The notes below the pieces were generated by a model. It was not told the DNA's origin, ran no database searches, and saw only the letters and a list, made by a program, of their open reading frames with translations. From Opitutales bacterium (GTDB lineage: Bacteria; Verrucomicrobiota; Verrucomicrobiia; Opitutales; UBA2987): 64,000 nucleotides of DNA. The first letter of the stretch is position 1. Every line of letters starts with the position of its first letter. Below, piece by piece: positions 19,676 to 29,398 of the stretch. The position numbers and the translations under genes were made by a program. The stretch spans positions 491,384-555,383 of the forward strand of contig CBDDCJ010000028.1 in assembly GCA_965226205.1 (NCBI GenBank), in the 5' to 3' direction.

Positions 19676-21208
19676 ATGAGATCTTTTTTAATAATATTTA
19701 TTGCCGCTTCATTTATACTGATCGGAGGTTCATCGCGCTCCGGCATGGCCGCCGGATTGACGGGTATCGATTTTAACGATCCCCCGCCGGGAGTATTTTG
19801 GGAAGACTGGCAGGAGGTTTATTTGGGCGAAAACAAGATCGGCTATTCCCGGACTGTTTTTTCCCGCGCGGCAGACCGCATTTATTCCACCAACCTGATG
19901 TCGATGCGTCTTGGCCGCGGCGTGGTGGCTGTTTCCATGGAAACGGAGCAATCAACCGTCGAAACGCTTTCCGGGGAGCCCCTTTCCTTTTCCCAAAAAT
20001 TGCTCATGGGCAGTATTCCGGTATCCATGGAAGGAGAGCTTTGCGGAGAGCTTTTGCGAGTCACGACTACCCAGGGGGGAATTGTTCAGTCCAACGAGTA
20101 TCCCTGGACGAAAGGGTCTCTGCTGCTCTGGGGACTCACCCGTGAGACCCTTCGGCGGGGGTTCGAGCCGGGCACGAAATACCGGCTTCCCATGTTCAGC
20201 CCTGAAGTGCAACTGGACGGCCCGGTGCAGACCGATATCAAGGTTGGAGAAATGGAAACCTTCGCCATGCACGGAAATATGGTCACGGGCCAAAAGGTGG
20301 CAACGATCATGCACATAGGCATGGGTTCGCTGGAAAGCATTTCCTGGATGGGTGAAACGGGCCGGGCGCTGAAAACCGTTTTGCCCATGGGGGGCATGGA
20401 ACTCACCCTTTACGCAACCGATGAATCGACTGCCCTGACAGATTATGTTCCCGCCGATATGTTCGAGTTTGCCCTTCTGGACCTGCCGGAGAAAATTCCC
20501 GAAAATGCGGCGGCGGTTATCTATGCCGTTAAATATTTAAAACCCTTGGATAAAACCTTTTCCTGGCCGGAATACTATACGCAGAGCATCCTCAAATCGG
20601 ATGCGTCCGGGGCCTTGATAAAAATTGTCCGCGCCAATCACGAGACACTGCCGGAAAACCCCGGCGGAGGAGCGGAAAGCATGGATATCTCTCGCTATCT
20701 GGGCGGCAACGCCAACATGAATATTGAGGATGAAAAATTGATAGAACTTGCGGCCGAAGCGGCTGGAGAATCTTCGGGTTCCGTTGAGAAGGCCGATAGG
20801 CTGAGAAAATTTGCCAGCCGCTTTATTTCTCAAAAATCGCTTTCCGTCGGTTTCGCCACGGCTAGCGAGGTGGCCCTGAACCCCGCCGGCGACTGCACCG
20901 AGCACGCCGTTTTCCTAGCCGCCCTTGGTCGTATAAAGGGCCTGCCAACACGTATAGCGGCCGGCCTGGCCTATGTGGCGAATTTCCAGGGAAGGCAGCA
21001 TATATTAGGGTTTCACATGTGGACCCAGTTCTACCTGCACGGCCGCTGGGTGAATTTCGACGCGGCCCTGGGGGAAAGCGAAACCTCACCCATCAGGATT
21101 GCCTTTTATACCGGATCGCTGGACGAAAACAGCCTGTTCGACATGACCTTGCCGCTCATGCGCTTAATGGGTAATCTCAAAATAGAAATTGCCTCTATTT
21201 TCTATTGA
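19676..21208 (+). CDS. Secreted transglutaminase-like domain protein
   Basis: Signal peptide, and a C-terminal core AGDCTEHAVFLAALGR...GFHMWTQ...FDA (Cys-His-Asp arrangement). Confidence 0.7.
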   Translation: MRSFLIIFIAASFILIGGSSRSGMAAGLTGIDFNDPPPGVFWEDWQEVYLGENKIGYSRTVFSRAADRIYSTNLMSMRLGRGVVAVSMETEQSTVETLSGEPLSFSQKLLMGSIPVSMEGELCGELLRVTTTQGGIVQSNEYPWTKGSLLLWGLTRETLRRGFEPGTKYRLPMFSPEVQLDGPVQTDIKVGEMETFAMHGNMVTGQKVATIMHIGMGSLESISWMGETGRALKTVLPMGGMELTLYATDESTALTDYVPADMFEFALLDLPEKIPENAAAVIYAVKYLKPLDKTFSWPEYYTQSILKSDASGALIKIVRANHETLPENPGGGAESMDISRYLGGNANMNIEDEKLIELAAEAAGESSGSVEKADRLRKFASRFISQKSLSVGFATASEVALNPAGDCTEHAVFLAALGRIKGLPTRIAAGLAYVANFQGRQHILGFHMWTQFYLHGRWVNFDAALGESETSPIRIAFYTGSLDENSLFDMTLPLMRLMGNLKIEIASIFY

Positions 21209-21359
21209 GCCGTAAAGAACAGGTGTCAGGTTTCAAGGGCAATTAATTATGGCCTTGTTGACTTGTCCCCGATAGTTCATAGCAGGCAATTTGCGTAATC
21301 TTCGATTATTTTTAAACCCTGACACCCGAAACCAGACACCTGACACCATTTTCTGACCG

Positions 21360-22946
21360 ATGAAAATATTGATCGCTGATAAAATTTCCGATGCGGGCAT
21401 CGATTATTTAAAAGAGAAGCCCGATATTGAGGTGGTGGAAGCCGTTGGCTCAGCGCCGGATCGATTGCTGGAATTGATCTCCGATGCGGCGGCCGTTATC
21501 GTGCGCAGTGAAACCAAAATTACGGCCGAGGTTATCGCCGCCGCCCAATCGCTTAAAGTGATCGCCAGGGCCGGAGTGGGAGTGGACAATGTGGACCTGG
21601 AGGCAGCCACCGAGCGCGGCATCGTGGTGATGAACGCCCCCAGCGGCAACACCAACGCCACGGCGGAACTGACTTTTACCCACATGCTCTGCGCGGCCCG
21701 GCCCATCTGCCGGGCGGACGCTTCCATGCGGCAGGGCCAGTGGGACCGGAAGCAGTTCACCGGCACGGAGCTTTTCGGCAAAACAGTTGGCATCCTGGGC
21801 CTCGGACGGGTGGGCACCGCAGTGGCCAAACGGGCTCAATCCTTCGGCATGAAAGTAATTGCCTGCGATCCCTACCTGGCGCCCGAGCGCGGGCAGGCTC
21901 TCGATGTGGAATCAGTCGATTTCGAGGAGCTTTTGAGACGGGCGGATTTTATCACCGCGCACATGCCTCTGACCGAAAAATCCCTCGGGTTGATAGATGC
22001 CTCCGCCATTGCCCGGATGAAGGATGGCGTTCGCATCATTAACTGCGCCAGGGGCGGAATCGTGGTGGAAGCGGATTTGATAGCCGCATTAAAAGATGGC
22101 AAAGTCTCGGCCGTCGGCCTCGATGTTTATGAGAAAGAGCCCGTTGCCGAGGAGAGCGAATTACGGAAACTGCCGGGATTGGTGATGACTCCGCATCTGG
22201 GCGCGTCCACCCGCGAAGCCCAGCAAAGCGTCGGCCTGGAGGTTGCCAAGGGAGTGGCTGGCCTCCTCAGGGAGGGGATCGTCATCAATGCGCTCAATAT
22301 GCCCTCGGTTGAATTGGGAACCCTGAAAATACTGAAGCCCTATCTGGAATTGGGAGAAAATCTGGGCCGGGTGCTTCAACAAATCGTCAATCCGAGCATC
22401 GAGAAGTTGAGAATCACCTATTGGGGAAAAATCATCGGGTTGGACACACTTCCGCTCACCCGCAGTATACAGACTGGATATTTGCGCAACATTGGGGCGA
22501 ATGTCAATGCGGTGAACGCGCCCCATTATATGAAGCGGTTGGGCATCAAGGTAATCGTCATTCAATCGGACAGCGACCGGGACTATACGGAGTTGGTGCG
22601 GGTCGAGGCCGTCGATGCGGAAAAAACCCTCTCCAGCGTGGAGGGAACCTTGATCGGGATTAAGCATTCACCGAGAATTGTGCGCATCAACCGGCGGGAA
22701 GTGGAAGCCAGTATGGATGGAAACCTGCTTATTCTGGAAAACGAGGATATGCCCGGAATCATTGGCATGGTGGGAAGCGTTCTGGGCCGGGATAAGGTCA
22801 ACATCGCCAGCATGTCCTCGAGCCGCAATACCCTGGGAGGACTTGCCCTCACGGTATTACATTTGGACAGTTTGCCAGGCAGAAAGACTCTGGATGAGAT
22901 TATAACCCATGAGGCCATAAAAAAGACCCACCTGGTGGAATTATAG
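21360..22946 (+). CDS. serA: D-3-phosphoglycerate dehydrogenase (long form with ASB and ACT domains)
   Basis: GILGLGRVG NAD motif, NCARGG, HLGAST, and a C-terminal ACT-like region. 528 aa. Confidence 0.93.
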   Translation: MKILIADKISDAGIDYLKEKPDIEVVEAVGSAPDRLLELISDAAAVIVRSETKITAEVIAAAQSLKVIARAGVGVDNVDLEAATERGIVVMNAPSGNTNATAELTFTHMLCAARPICRADASMRQGQWDRKQFTGTELFGKTVGILGLGRVGTAVAKRAQSFGMKVIACDPYLAPERGQALDVESVDFEELLRRADFITAHMPLTEKSLGLIDASAIARMKDGVRIINCARGGIVVEADLIAALKDGKVSAVGLDVYEKEPVAEESELRKLPGLVMTPHLGASTREAQQSVGLEVAKGVAGLLREGIVINALNMPSVELGTLKILKPYLELGENLGRVLQQIVNPSIEKLRITYWGKIIGLDTLPLTRSIQTGYLRNIGANVNAVNAPHYMKRLGIKVIVIQSDSDRDYTELVRVEAVDAEKTLSSVEGTLIGIKHSPRIVRINRREVEASMDGNLLILENEDMPGIIGMVGSVLGRDKVNIASMSSSRNTLGGLALTVLHLDSLPGRKTLDEIITHEAIKKTHLVEL

Positions 22947-22970
22947 GCGGACGATCGAACCGGGGCTTTT

Positions 22971-23417
22971 TCAGGATACCTGCTGACCGTGAATATAGGC
23001 CAGGAGGTTGTGGCTGTAGCTTTTGTTCTCCTGCAATGTGCGGAGCATTAAATCGCCGATTGACACCATCCCCATAAGTCGCTCGCCATCGACAATGGGC
23101 AAATGGCGAAACCTTTCCGTCGTCATGATTTTCATCGCCTCATTTACCGTTATGGATGAATTCTCCGTGTGCAGGTTTGTCGTCATGACCTGTTGCACTG
23201 CCGTAGTTTTCGGGTCCAGCCCGGCATCGACCACCCGCATGAGCACATCCCTTTCGGTAAAAATCCCCAGCAGGCGCTTGCCCCGGTGGACGAGTAGAGC
23301 GCCAATTTTATTCTGATTCATCAATTGAACCGCTTCCATCACGGTAGCTTCCGGTTCAACGCTGTGAACAAGGCCGCCCTTGTTCTTAAGTATGGTGCCA
23401 AGTTTCGAATCTAACAT
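22971..23417 (-). CDS. CBS-domain pair protein
   Basis: 148 aa with two CBS repeats (...IGALLV...GIFTERD... and ...FRHLPIVD...GMVSIGD...). Confidence 0.8.
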   Translation of the reverse strand: MLDSKLGTILKNKGGLVHSVEPEATVMEAVQLMNQNKIGALLVHRGKRLLGIFTERDVLMRVVDAGLDPKTTAVQQVMTTNLHTENSSITVNEAMKIMTTERFRHLPIVDGERLMGMVSIGDLMLRTLQENKSYSHNLLAYIHGQQVS

Positions 23418-23491
23418 TGCTTTTTATTTAACGAGTTTTATTTCATCTCTTCAATGTTTATTTGAAATATTATACCCCAATATTTGATAAT

Positions 23492-23522
23492 AACCGCAGA
23501 TTGCACAGATAAACGCAGATAG
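23492..23522 (+). repeat. Dispersed 'AACCGCAGATTNCNCAGATNAACGCAGATAG' repeat, copy 1
   Basis: The sequence is aaccgcagattgcacagataaacgcagatag. Three related copies lie at 29.17-29.87 kb. Confidence 0.7.
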
Positions 23523-23559
23523 TGTTGAGAGATTGTTCCCGAAACGCCATCTACTGAAT

Positions 23560-24303
23560 TTATTTATATGAATCGGCGTCCGTTGTAAATGCCTGGAAAT
23601 CAGGGCCGGCTTGATCGCAGACGGCTTTCATGGCCGCCACTGAGGATTTAAAATGCCTGTTCAGACGGACCAGATTTTTCCATTCGCCCGGTCTGAGTAG
23701 AGCGCTGGAGAAAAAACGAAACCACTTTATGCGTCCCCATTCGTCAATGCTATGGGACACAAATTCCGGGATCGGGTCGTCCGCGCAATCGGCAATGACG
23801 CGAATGGCCATAAAAGGCGCATTCTTTTCCTCCGCCGCCAGGGCCAGGGCGGCGCTTTCCATGTCCGCGGCCAGGGCACCGGTTTTATTCTTCAAGGCAG
23901 ACCTTTGATGATTGTTCTTTAAGATGGTGGGGCTTTCGGCCAGAGGACCGAGAGCGATTATTTCCAAATTTGAGGAAGAAAGCGTTCGGCTGAGTCGTTC
24001 ATGCCAGGATTTGTTGACGGGGCTTTCGCGGCCATTGTGATGAAAAATAGATTGCGGCAGGAAGATGCTTCCGGGCTTCAGTCCATCTTCGAGAGCGGTG
24101 GCGCAGCCCCAACTGAGAATGGCCCCGGCCCCGTTTTCAATTAGGGCCCGTCCCGCCGCCAGGGCTTTTTCAGGTCCGATGCCGGAGTGAATGGCGATCA
24201 CGCCGTGGCCGAGTTCGAAAGGCAGGCCGGGTGGTGGCAGCGGCATTTTGCTCGTAAGGCACCGCAACTCACCCGGCAGGGCCGCGCTGATGCCCAGCTT
24301 CAT
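23560..24303 (-). CDS. hpnG: Hopanoid-associated phosphorylase/nucleosidase (PNP_UDP_1 fold)
   Basis: HSGIGPEKA...SWGCATAL...ADMESAALA motifs. There is a 4-nt overlap with the shc stop, consistent with operonic arrangement. Confidence 0.75.
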   Translation of the reverse strand: MKLGISAALPGELRCLTSKMPLPPPGLPFELGHGVIAIHSGIGPEKALAAGRALIENGAGAILSWGCATALEDGLKPGSIFLPQSIFHHNGRESPVNKSWHERLSRTLSSSNLEIIALGPLAESPTILKNNHQRSALKNKTGALAADMESAALALAAEEKNAPFMAIRVIADCADDPIPEFVSHSIDEWGRIKWFRFFSSALLRPGEWKNLVRLNRHFKSSVAAMKAVCDQAGPDFQAFTTDADSYK

Positions 24304-26234
24304 GGATCGTTCGAAGCCTTCGCGAGATGGTTTTTGTAACGGGCCAATGCCCAGAGGGGGAAAATTTTATCGTATCCGTGGTATTTCAGATAAAAAACCT
24401 TGGGAACCCCCGGAGCGGTAAATTCGATGTCTTCCCAAAGGCCGTTTTCTTCCTGGTTGGCCATAAGAAAGCGGATGCCGCGCTCGACTGATTCGCAATC
24501 CGCTTGTCCCGCCGCCATCAGGCCGAGCAATGCCCAGGCGGTTTGAAATGAATTGCTTCTCCACTTTTTTCGCTTTAATTCCGTGGGTTCGTAGTAGGTA
24601 TCATTACCCTCGCCCCAGCCGCCGTCTTCTTGCTGCTGCTGTTTCAGCCAGTTGACGGCTTTTTTGACATGAGGGTTTTCGCCGCCGATCCCGGCCTGCG
24701 CCAATCCCTCCAGGACGGACCAGGTTCCGTATATGTAATTCGTGCCCCAGCGGCCAAACCAGGAACCATCTACCTCCTGCTCCCGGTAGAGGTATTGCAG
24801 GCATCTTTCCACCACCGGCCGGTAGCGCTCGTGCTTTTCGATCAGGGGAGCCAGCAGCATGACGCATCGGGCGCTGACGTCGCTGGTGGGCGGGTCCAGC
24901 AGGGCGCCGTGATCGGCAAAGGGTATCTCGTTGAGGTAATAATAGGCGTTATCGGCGTCGAAGGCGGCGAATCCATCGTTTTTCGACTGCATGCCACAAA
25001 GCCAGCCGGCGGCGCGCTCAATGTTTTCCTGGAAGCGTTCCAGGCCCGTTTGCCACATGGCGAAGGCCACCACCGCGGTGTCGTCGAGATCGGGATAGTA
25101 GTCGTTGCGGAACTGGAAGGCCCAGCCGCCACCCTTCAGTCCGGGCCGGTATTCCCGCCAATCCCCCGGTTCCTTCAGGAGTTGCCTTTGGGCCAGCCAG
25201 TCGAGCGCCCGTTCGATCGGCTCTTCGTTTTCACGGCCTTGGCCGGCCGCTTCCTGCAAGGCCAGAACGGCCAGGCCGGTATCCCAAACGGGTGAGACGC
25301 AGGGTTGGCAGTAGGCGCGCTTTTCATCGATCACCAGCAGTTTACGGAGAGCCTCGCGGGCGACGACCAGGTCTGGGTGGCCGGGGGGGTAGCCGAGGCA
25401 TTCGAGGGCCTCCACGGCATTGACCATGGCGGGGAAAATGGCCCCCAGGCCGCCCTCGCCGTTGAGCCGGTCCAGGACCCAGGTTTCCGCTTTTTTAAAA
25501 GCTCTTTTGCGCACCGCGGCCGGGATCAATGGCTCGATCAGGCGGCCCAATTTATCGAGCCCGATAAAAACAGTATTGAGGCGCGTGCGAACGGGGAAAT
25601 ACTTTTTCTCCTCCTCCGGGGGGGTGACGAATAATTCCCGGATGCCGGTTTTTTGGGCGTTCACCGCTTTGGGCTTAACCGTGCATAAAATCAAGAGGGG
25701 AATCATGACGGTCCGCGACCAATAGGAGATTTTTGAAATGTGAAAGAAAAACCATTTCGGCAAAAGCATGATTTCGACCGGAATGAAGGGGACGCCGCGC
25801 CAGGGAAGCTGCTCGAAGAGGGCCAGGGCGATGCGGGTGAATACATTGCAGCGGGCCGCGCCTCCCTCCGCCAAAATCGCTTCCCGAGCCTTGCGCATGT
25901 GGGGCAGATCCGGGTCGTCTCCTGAAATTTTTAAGGCGTAATAGGTTTTAACGGCGCAACTGAGGTTCATCTCTCCACCATAATATAGAGGCCAGCCGCC
26001 GTCCGTGCCCTGCCGTTCGCGTAAATAGACGCAAATTTTCGATTGCAACTCCGTATCCACCTCTCCCCGGAAGTGCATCATGAGGATGTATTCGGCCGGG
26101 ATGGTGCAATCGGCCTCCAACTCGAAACACCAGTATCCGTCCTCGTGCTGAAGGTCGAGAATGCCTTGGCGGGCCCGGTTTAAAGCATTTTCCAATGCGG
26201 AGGGAGGATTGACCAGCGCTTGATCGTTTGGCAT
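24300..26234 (-). CDS. shc: Squalene-hopene cyclase
   Basis: 644 aa. DDTAVV catalytic motif (DYYPDLDDTAVVAFA) and repeated QW motifs (..DGGWG.., ..DGSWFGRWG..). Confidence 0.95.
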   Translation of the reverse strand: MPNDQALVNPPSALENALNRARQGILDLQHEDGYWCFELEADCTIPAEYILMMHFRGEVDTELQSKICVYLRERQGTDGGWPLYYGGEMNLSCAVKTYYALKISGDDPDLPHMRKAREAILAEGGAARCNVFTRIALALFEQLPWRGVPFIPVEIMLLPKWFFFHISKISYWSRTVMIPLLILCTVKPKAVNAQKTGIRELFVTPPEEEKKYFPVRTRLNTVFIGLDKLGRLIEPLIPAAVRKRAFKKAETWVLDRLNGEGGLGAIFPAMVNAVEALECLGYPPGHPDLVVAREALRKLLVIDEKRAYCQPCVSPVWDTGLAVLALQEAAGQGRENEEPIERALDWLAQRQLLKEPGDWREYRPGLKGGGWAFQFRNDYYPDLDDTAVVAFAMWQTGLERFQENIERAAGWLCGMQSKNDGFAAFDADNAYYYLNEIPFADHGALLDPPTSDVSARCVMLLAPLIEKHERYRPVVERCLQYLYREQEVDGSWFGRWGTNYIYGTWSVLEGLAQAGIGGENPHVKKAVNWLKQQQQEDGGWGEGNDTYYEPTELKRKKWRSNSFQTAWALLGLMAAGQADCESVERGIRFLMANQEENGLWEDIEFTAPGVPKVFYLKYHGYDKIFPLWALARYKNHLAKASNDP

Positions 26235-26273
26235 GCCCTTGATATTAATTTCGTTTCGTTTAACGGGAATTGT

Positions 26274-27284
26274 TCAGGTCCGGCTGAGAGGAGAACCGGT
26301 AAAACGAAAAAGGGCCCGCAGCAAGAGGTCGCTGTTGGCCGTGACCCGAGTGGCCACAATGGTGGCCTTTACGCTGCGCCGGGAAATCTTGACCTCGGCC
26401 CCGTTGATGTAATTGCGGTTGCGATGGATGTTTCGCAAGGTCAGCAAAGCCATGCCGATGGCCCAGAGGCAAAATTTCCTCAAACCGGTCTCACTTTTTG
26501 GTATGAGAAGGGAATAGGCCAGGGCGTCTTGCAGGTGGCCGTAGGAAATGGCCACCAGTTTGCGGATGCCGACCGAGAAATTTTCGCGATTCTTATCGGA
26601 GGCGAGGTCATTGAGATCGTAACCGGCCTCGGCAAAAATATCGCGGGGCAGCCAGCAGGCGGAGCGCTGCCGGTCTTCCCAAACGTCTTTTAAAATATTG
26701 GTCATCTGCAAACCCTGGCCGAAAGAGACCGCGTATTTCATCAGGGCCTCCCGGTTTTCCGCGATTTGCGGAGAATAGAGGCAGAACAGATCGGTCAGCA
26801 TCTCGCCGACGACTCCGGCCACATAATAGCAATAAAGCTCCATTTCCTCCAGATTGTCGAGTCTGGCGGGGCCTTCCTTCTCCTGAAACCGGGCCATTCC
26901 CTCCGCCATAATTCGGATGCAGCGCTCCATGGCCCGGCGCTGATCGTCCGAAAAGGTGTGCGTGAGGCGGATCACCTGCGGGGTGTTTGCAATCAGTTCG
27001 TGCTCGGCCGGTAGGGTAGAGTCGGACAAAAGGGGGGCCAGTTCCCCGGCAAACTCCTCCACGTTTTCCTGACCCAAAACCACCCTCGAAAACAGGCTGC
27101 AAAAAGACCTTTTTTGTTCGGCCGACAAGGCCGGTTCGTCTTCTATGGTGTCAACGATCCGGCACAACAGGTAGGCATTGGAAACCACGAGGCACAATTC
27201 CTCCGGCAACTGGGGAATGGTGAGGGCAAAAGTGCGCGAAACGCCTTCCAGCATTTGCTCCTGTAATTTTTCCAATGAGGACAT
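26274..27284 (-). CDS. sqs: Squalene synthase (single-enzyme, eukaryote-type SQS; phytoene/squalene synthase family)
   Basis: VSRTFALTIPQLP...YLLCRIVDTIEDE and ...YCYYVAGVVGEM...QMTNILKDVWED aspartate-rich and family motifs. I prefer the start at MSSLEKL (27284); the track ORF extends to 27368. Confidence 0.8.
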   Translation of the reverse strand: MSSLEKLQEQMLEGVSRTFALTIPQLPEELCLVVSNAYLLCRIVDTIEDEPALSAEQKRSFCSLFSRVVLGQENVEEFAGELAPLLSDSTLPAEHELIANTPQVIRLTHTFSDDQRRAMERCIRIMAEGMARFQEKEGPARLDNLEEMELYCYYVAGVVGEMLTDLFCLYSPQIAENREALMKYAVSFGQGLQMTNILKDVWEDRQRSACWLPRDIFAEAGYDLNDLASDKNRENFSVGIRKLVAISYGHLQDALAYSLLIPKSETGLRKFCLWAIGMALLTLRNIHRNRNYINGAEVKISRRSVKATIVATRVTANSDLLLRALFRFTGSPLSRT

Positions 27285-27476
27285 GCTTTTTGTAATTTCT
27301 CCAAAATTGACGGCCATCGAGGGAAAAGATTGAGGATAACCGGACCTGCCTCGGCCTATTATTGACAAAGCTGCATTCTTGGCAAATCCCGTTCCACGGC
27401 AAGGATTAATGCACGAAGGACCGATTGGGGAATTGATTGGCGAGTCTCAGATGTCGTTTATGGTTCAAGTAAATAA

Positions 27477-27836
27477 TTATCGGAACGCAAGTCCAAGTTC
27501 CTTGGCTATGGTATTGAGCTTTTTATCCAAACTCCACAATGGCACACCTACTAATTGCGCCGAAACAAGAAGTTGAATATCAACAAATCCAATTCCTTTG
27601 CCGGATAATTTATGGGATTCCACAAAGTACAAATATTCATCAAGATTCAAACCAGGCGCAGACGGCAGTGATTTAAGCAATGAAAAGATCTCCTGCCGGT
27701 TAGCGAGATTGCCGCAAGCCAATTCCCCGATAATAAACGGGTGACAAACCACTTCCATGTTCTCCAGCAAATCTTCGAGCCCGCGGACTCCTTTCTGAAA
27801 ATGATTAATCCAGATGGAGGTATCGACTAAAACCAT
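27477..27836 (-). CDS. vapC: PIN-domain toxin (VapC family)
   Basis: MVLVDTSIWINHF... 119 aa. It lies 10 nt downstream of a vapB-type reading frame. Confidence 0.85.
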   Translation of the reverse strand: MVLVDTSIWINHFQKGVRGLEDLLENMEVVCHPFIIGELACGNLANRQEIFSLLKSLPSAPGLNLDEYLYFVESHKLSGKGIGFVDIQLLVSAQLVGVPLWSLDKKLNTIAKELGLAFR

Positions 27837-27846
27837 AACCGATCCG

Positions 27847-28044
27847 TCAACTTCCGCGTCGTGGAATCGGGCGAACTTGTTTCTCGGAGCCGCCTAATTT
27901 TGCCAGGCGCCTACTGCTTTCACGGGCAATCAAGGCTTCCAGACCCATTTTCACGAGAGCCGTTTTTTCTTTGATTCCGGTTAAACTGGATGCCTTTTCC
28001 AATGCCGCATCATCGATATTGCCAGATCGGCATCGCCCACAACC
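27847..28044 (-). pseudogene. vapB: VapB-type antitoxin reading frame lacking its native start (5' end replaced at a junction with an IS fragment)
   Basis: My own translation gives ...SGNIDDAALEKASSLTGIKEKTALVKMGLEALIARESSRRLAKLGGSEKQVRPIPRRGS*. There is no ATG or GTG between the upstream in-frame TGA and the conserved NIDD box. Only an internal TTG (Leu of AALEKA) is available as a start. Confidence 0.6.
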
Positions 28045-28466
28045 TCAGTCAAGGTCCGGTGCAAGGCCCTCAACTGCTCTTCGCTGAAAAACTTCGAGGC
28101 CCGTTCCAGGGTGCTCTTGGAGATGCCCCTTATGCCGTCGATATGGCGGACACGACAAAAGTCAGCCAACAGATCGCTGCTGCCCAGAGCCCTCGACAAA
28201 TGCCGAAACGAAATCCCACCGAGCAGATAACGCAGCGTTTCCATACGCAACGCCTTGAGGGCAAAATTAGCCCGCTTTTGCCGGGCCTTTACACTCATTG
28301 GCTGGCCTCTTTCCAAGGCCAGATCAACGCCCTGCGATTCCACCTCCGAATCGATCAGCAGCCGGTCGATACGCTCGATGGTGGCGCGAAAGTTATCGTA
28401 ATCGAGGCAACGGTCGACCACAGTTAAAGCTGGACGCAGGAGGCATTGGATGGCTATATTTTTCAT
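27981..28466 (-). mobile_element. N-terminal fragment of a DDE transposase (family not resolved), 3'-truncated
   Basis: 161-aa ORF. ...LRYLLGGISFRHLSRALGSSDLLADFCRV...KSTLERASKFF... resembles the N-terminal DNA-binding region of IS5/IS4-superfamily transposases. There is no catalytic domain. Its last ~20 codons overlap the vapB frame. Confidence 0.45.
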
Positions 28467-28790
28467 AGAAAGGGCTATATTGATTTTCGCTAACGCAATT
28501 ATAGAACCCTTTTTTAGCCGGATCGAGCAAAAAAATGCTCTTTCCGGCTATTTTTATAAACGTCATCCAGTTGACTACAAAATCTTTATATTTTTGGGAC
28601 AGCCTCTAACTATTGCCTTCTTTTCGTATTTTGTCACAGAAGTTAATGAATTTATTGTCAAAGTAGGCCGCTATCTTTGGGAGCTTATTTCAGTCAGAGA
28701 GGATATGGTAGTAGGGATAGGGGGCTTCGAGCCCCTCTAATAAACTGAATAAATGTTAGCCTGCGAGCATCCAGTAGCCTCAGTTCAAAT

Positions 28791-28850
28791 CGGCTGGAGG
28801 GGGCTCAATACGGCTGGAGGGGGCTCAATACGGCTGGAGGGGGCTCAATA
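28791..28850. repeat. Three perfect tandem copies of a 20-bp unit (CGGCTGGAGGGGGCTCAATA)
   Basis: Read directly from the sequence. There are no spacers, so this is not a CRISPR array. Confidence 0.9.
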
Positions 28851-29170
28851 AACTGGCGTAATGCCACTCCGTCACCGCGTAGGAGACGCCTAGGAACTGC
28901 GTCACCACCGTCAATCCCTCCCGAGTCGCCACCATGTTGTCGGCATGTTAGCGCAGCTCGTGCAGCCGCTTGGTCCACTCCGTGATGTAACGCGCCACCC
29001 ATTGGCCGGTCTCCCGTTGTACAGACAGGTGCCTCGGTCCTGAATATTACCCGATTTGTCACCAGCGGTAAGGCAAATGGTGACCGCCGCTCACCCAAAA
29101 CGTCACCAACGTTGACCTGAGATGTCACGTTCCACGATCATGTCAATAGGCATGTTGATAAGACGCTTAT

Positions 29171-29202
29171 TTATCTGCGTTTGTCTGTGTGATCTGCGGT
29201 TT
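29171..29202 (-). repeat. Dispersed 'CGCAGAT' repeat, copy 2 (inverted)
   Basis: The reverse complement reads aaccgcagatcacacagacaaacgcagataa. Confidence 0.7.
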
Positions 29203-29337
29203 TTTATGGGAATTTTGAGATAAATTTTTTCTCACGGAGGCACGGGGGATATGGAGAGGGGGAGGGCTGCCGTTAATAGATTCAATAAAGAATGAAACCC
29301 TTTCAGGGTTTTGGTTTTATGATTTGCTTTTGAATAG

Positions 29338-29398
29338 TCGGTGTTCAGGGGTTGCACCCCTGGCTGGGTCGGTGTTCAGGGGTTGCACCCCTGGCTGG
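29338..29398. repeat. Two perfect tandem 30-nt copies (TCGGTGTTCAGGGGTTGCACCCCTGGCTGG), each with a CAGGGG-TTGCA-CCCCTG hairpin
   Basis: Read directly from the sequence. Copies lie at 29338-29367 and 29369-29398. Confidence 0.9.

Noticed and set aside
28700-28745. tRNA-like T-arm (GGGGCTTCGAGCCCC)
   Set aside because: No matching acceptor stem, D-arm or anticodon arm could be built from the flanking sequence. It is just a short hairpin at the end of an AT-rich stretch.
28791-28850. CRISPR array
   Set aside because: The 20-bp units are directly adjacent with no spacers, there are only three copies, and no cas genes are in the window.
28805-29128. 107-aa minus-strand ORF, and 28450..28740 plus-strand ORF, as genes
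   Set aside because: The translations are low-complexity and repeat-derived, because the ORF runs through the 20-bp tandem repeats. They have no recognisable motifs. Other frames show only short fragments. I treat them as non-coding.
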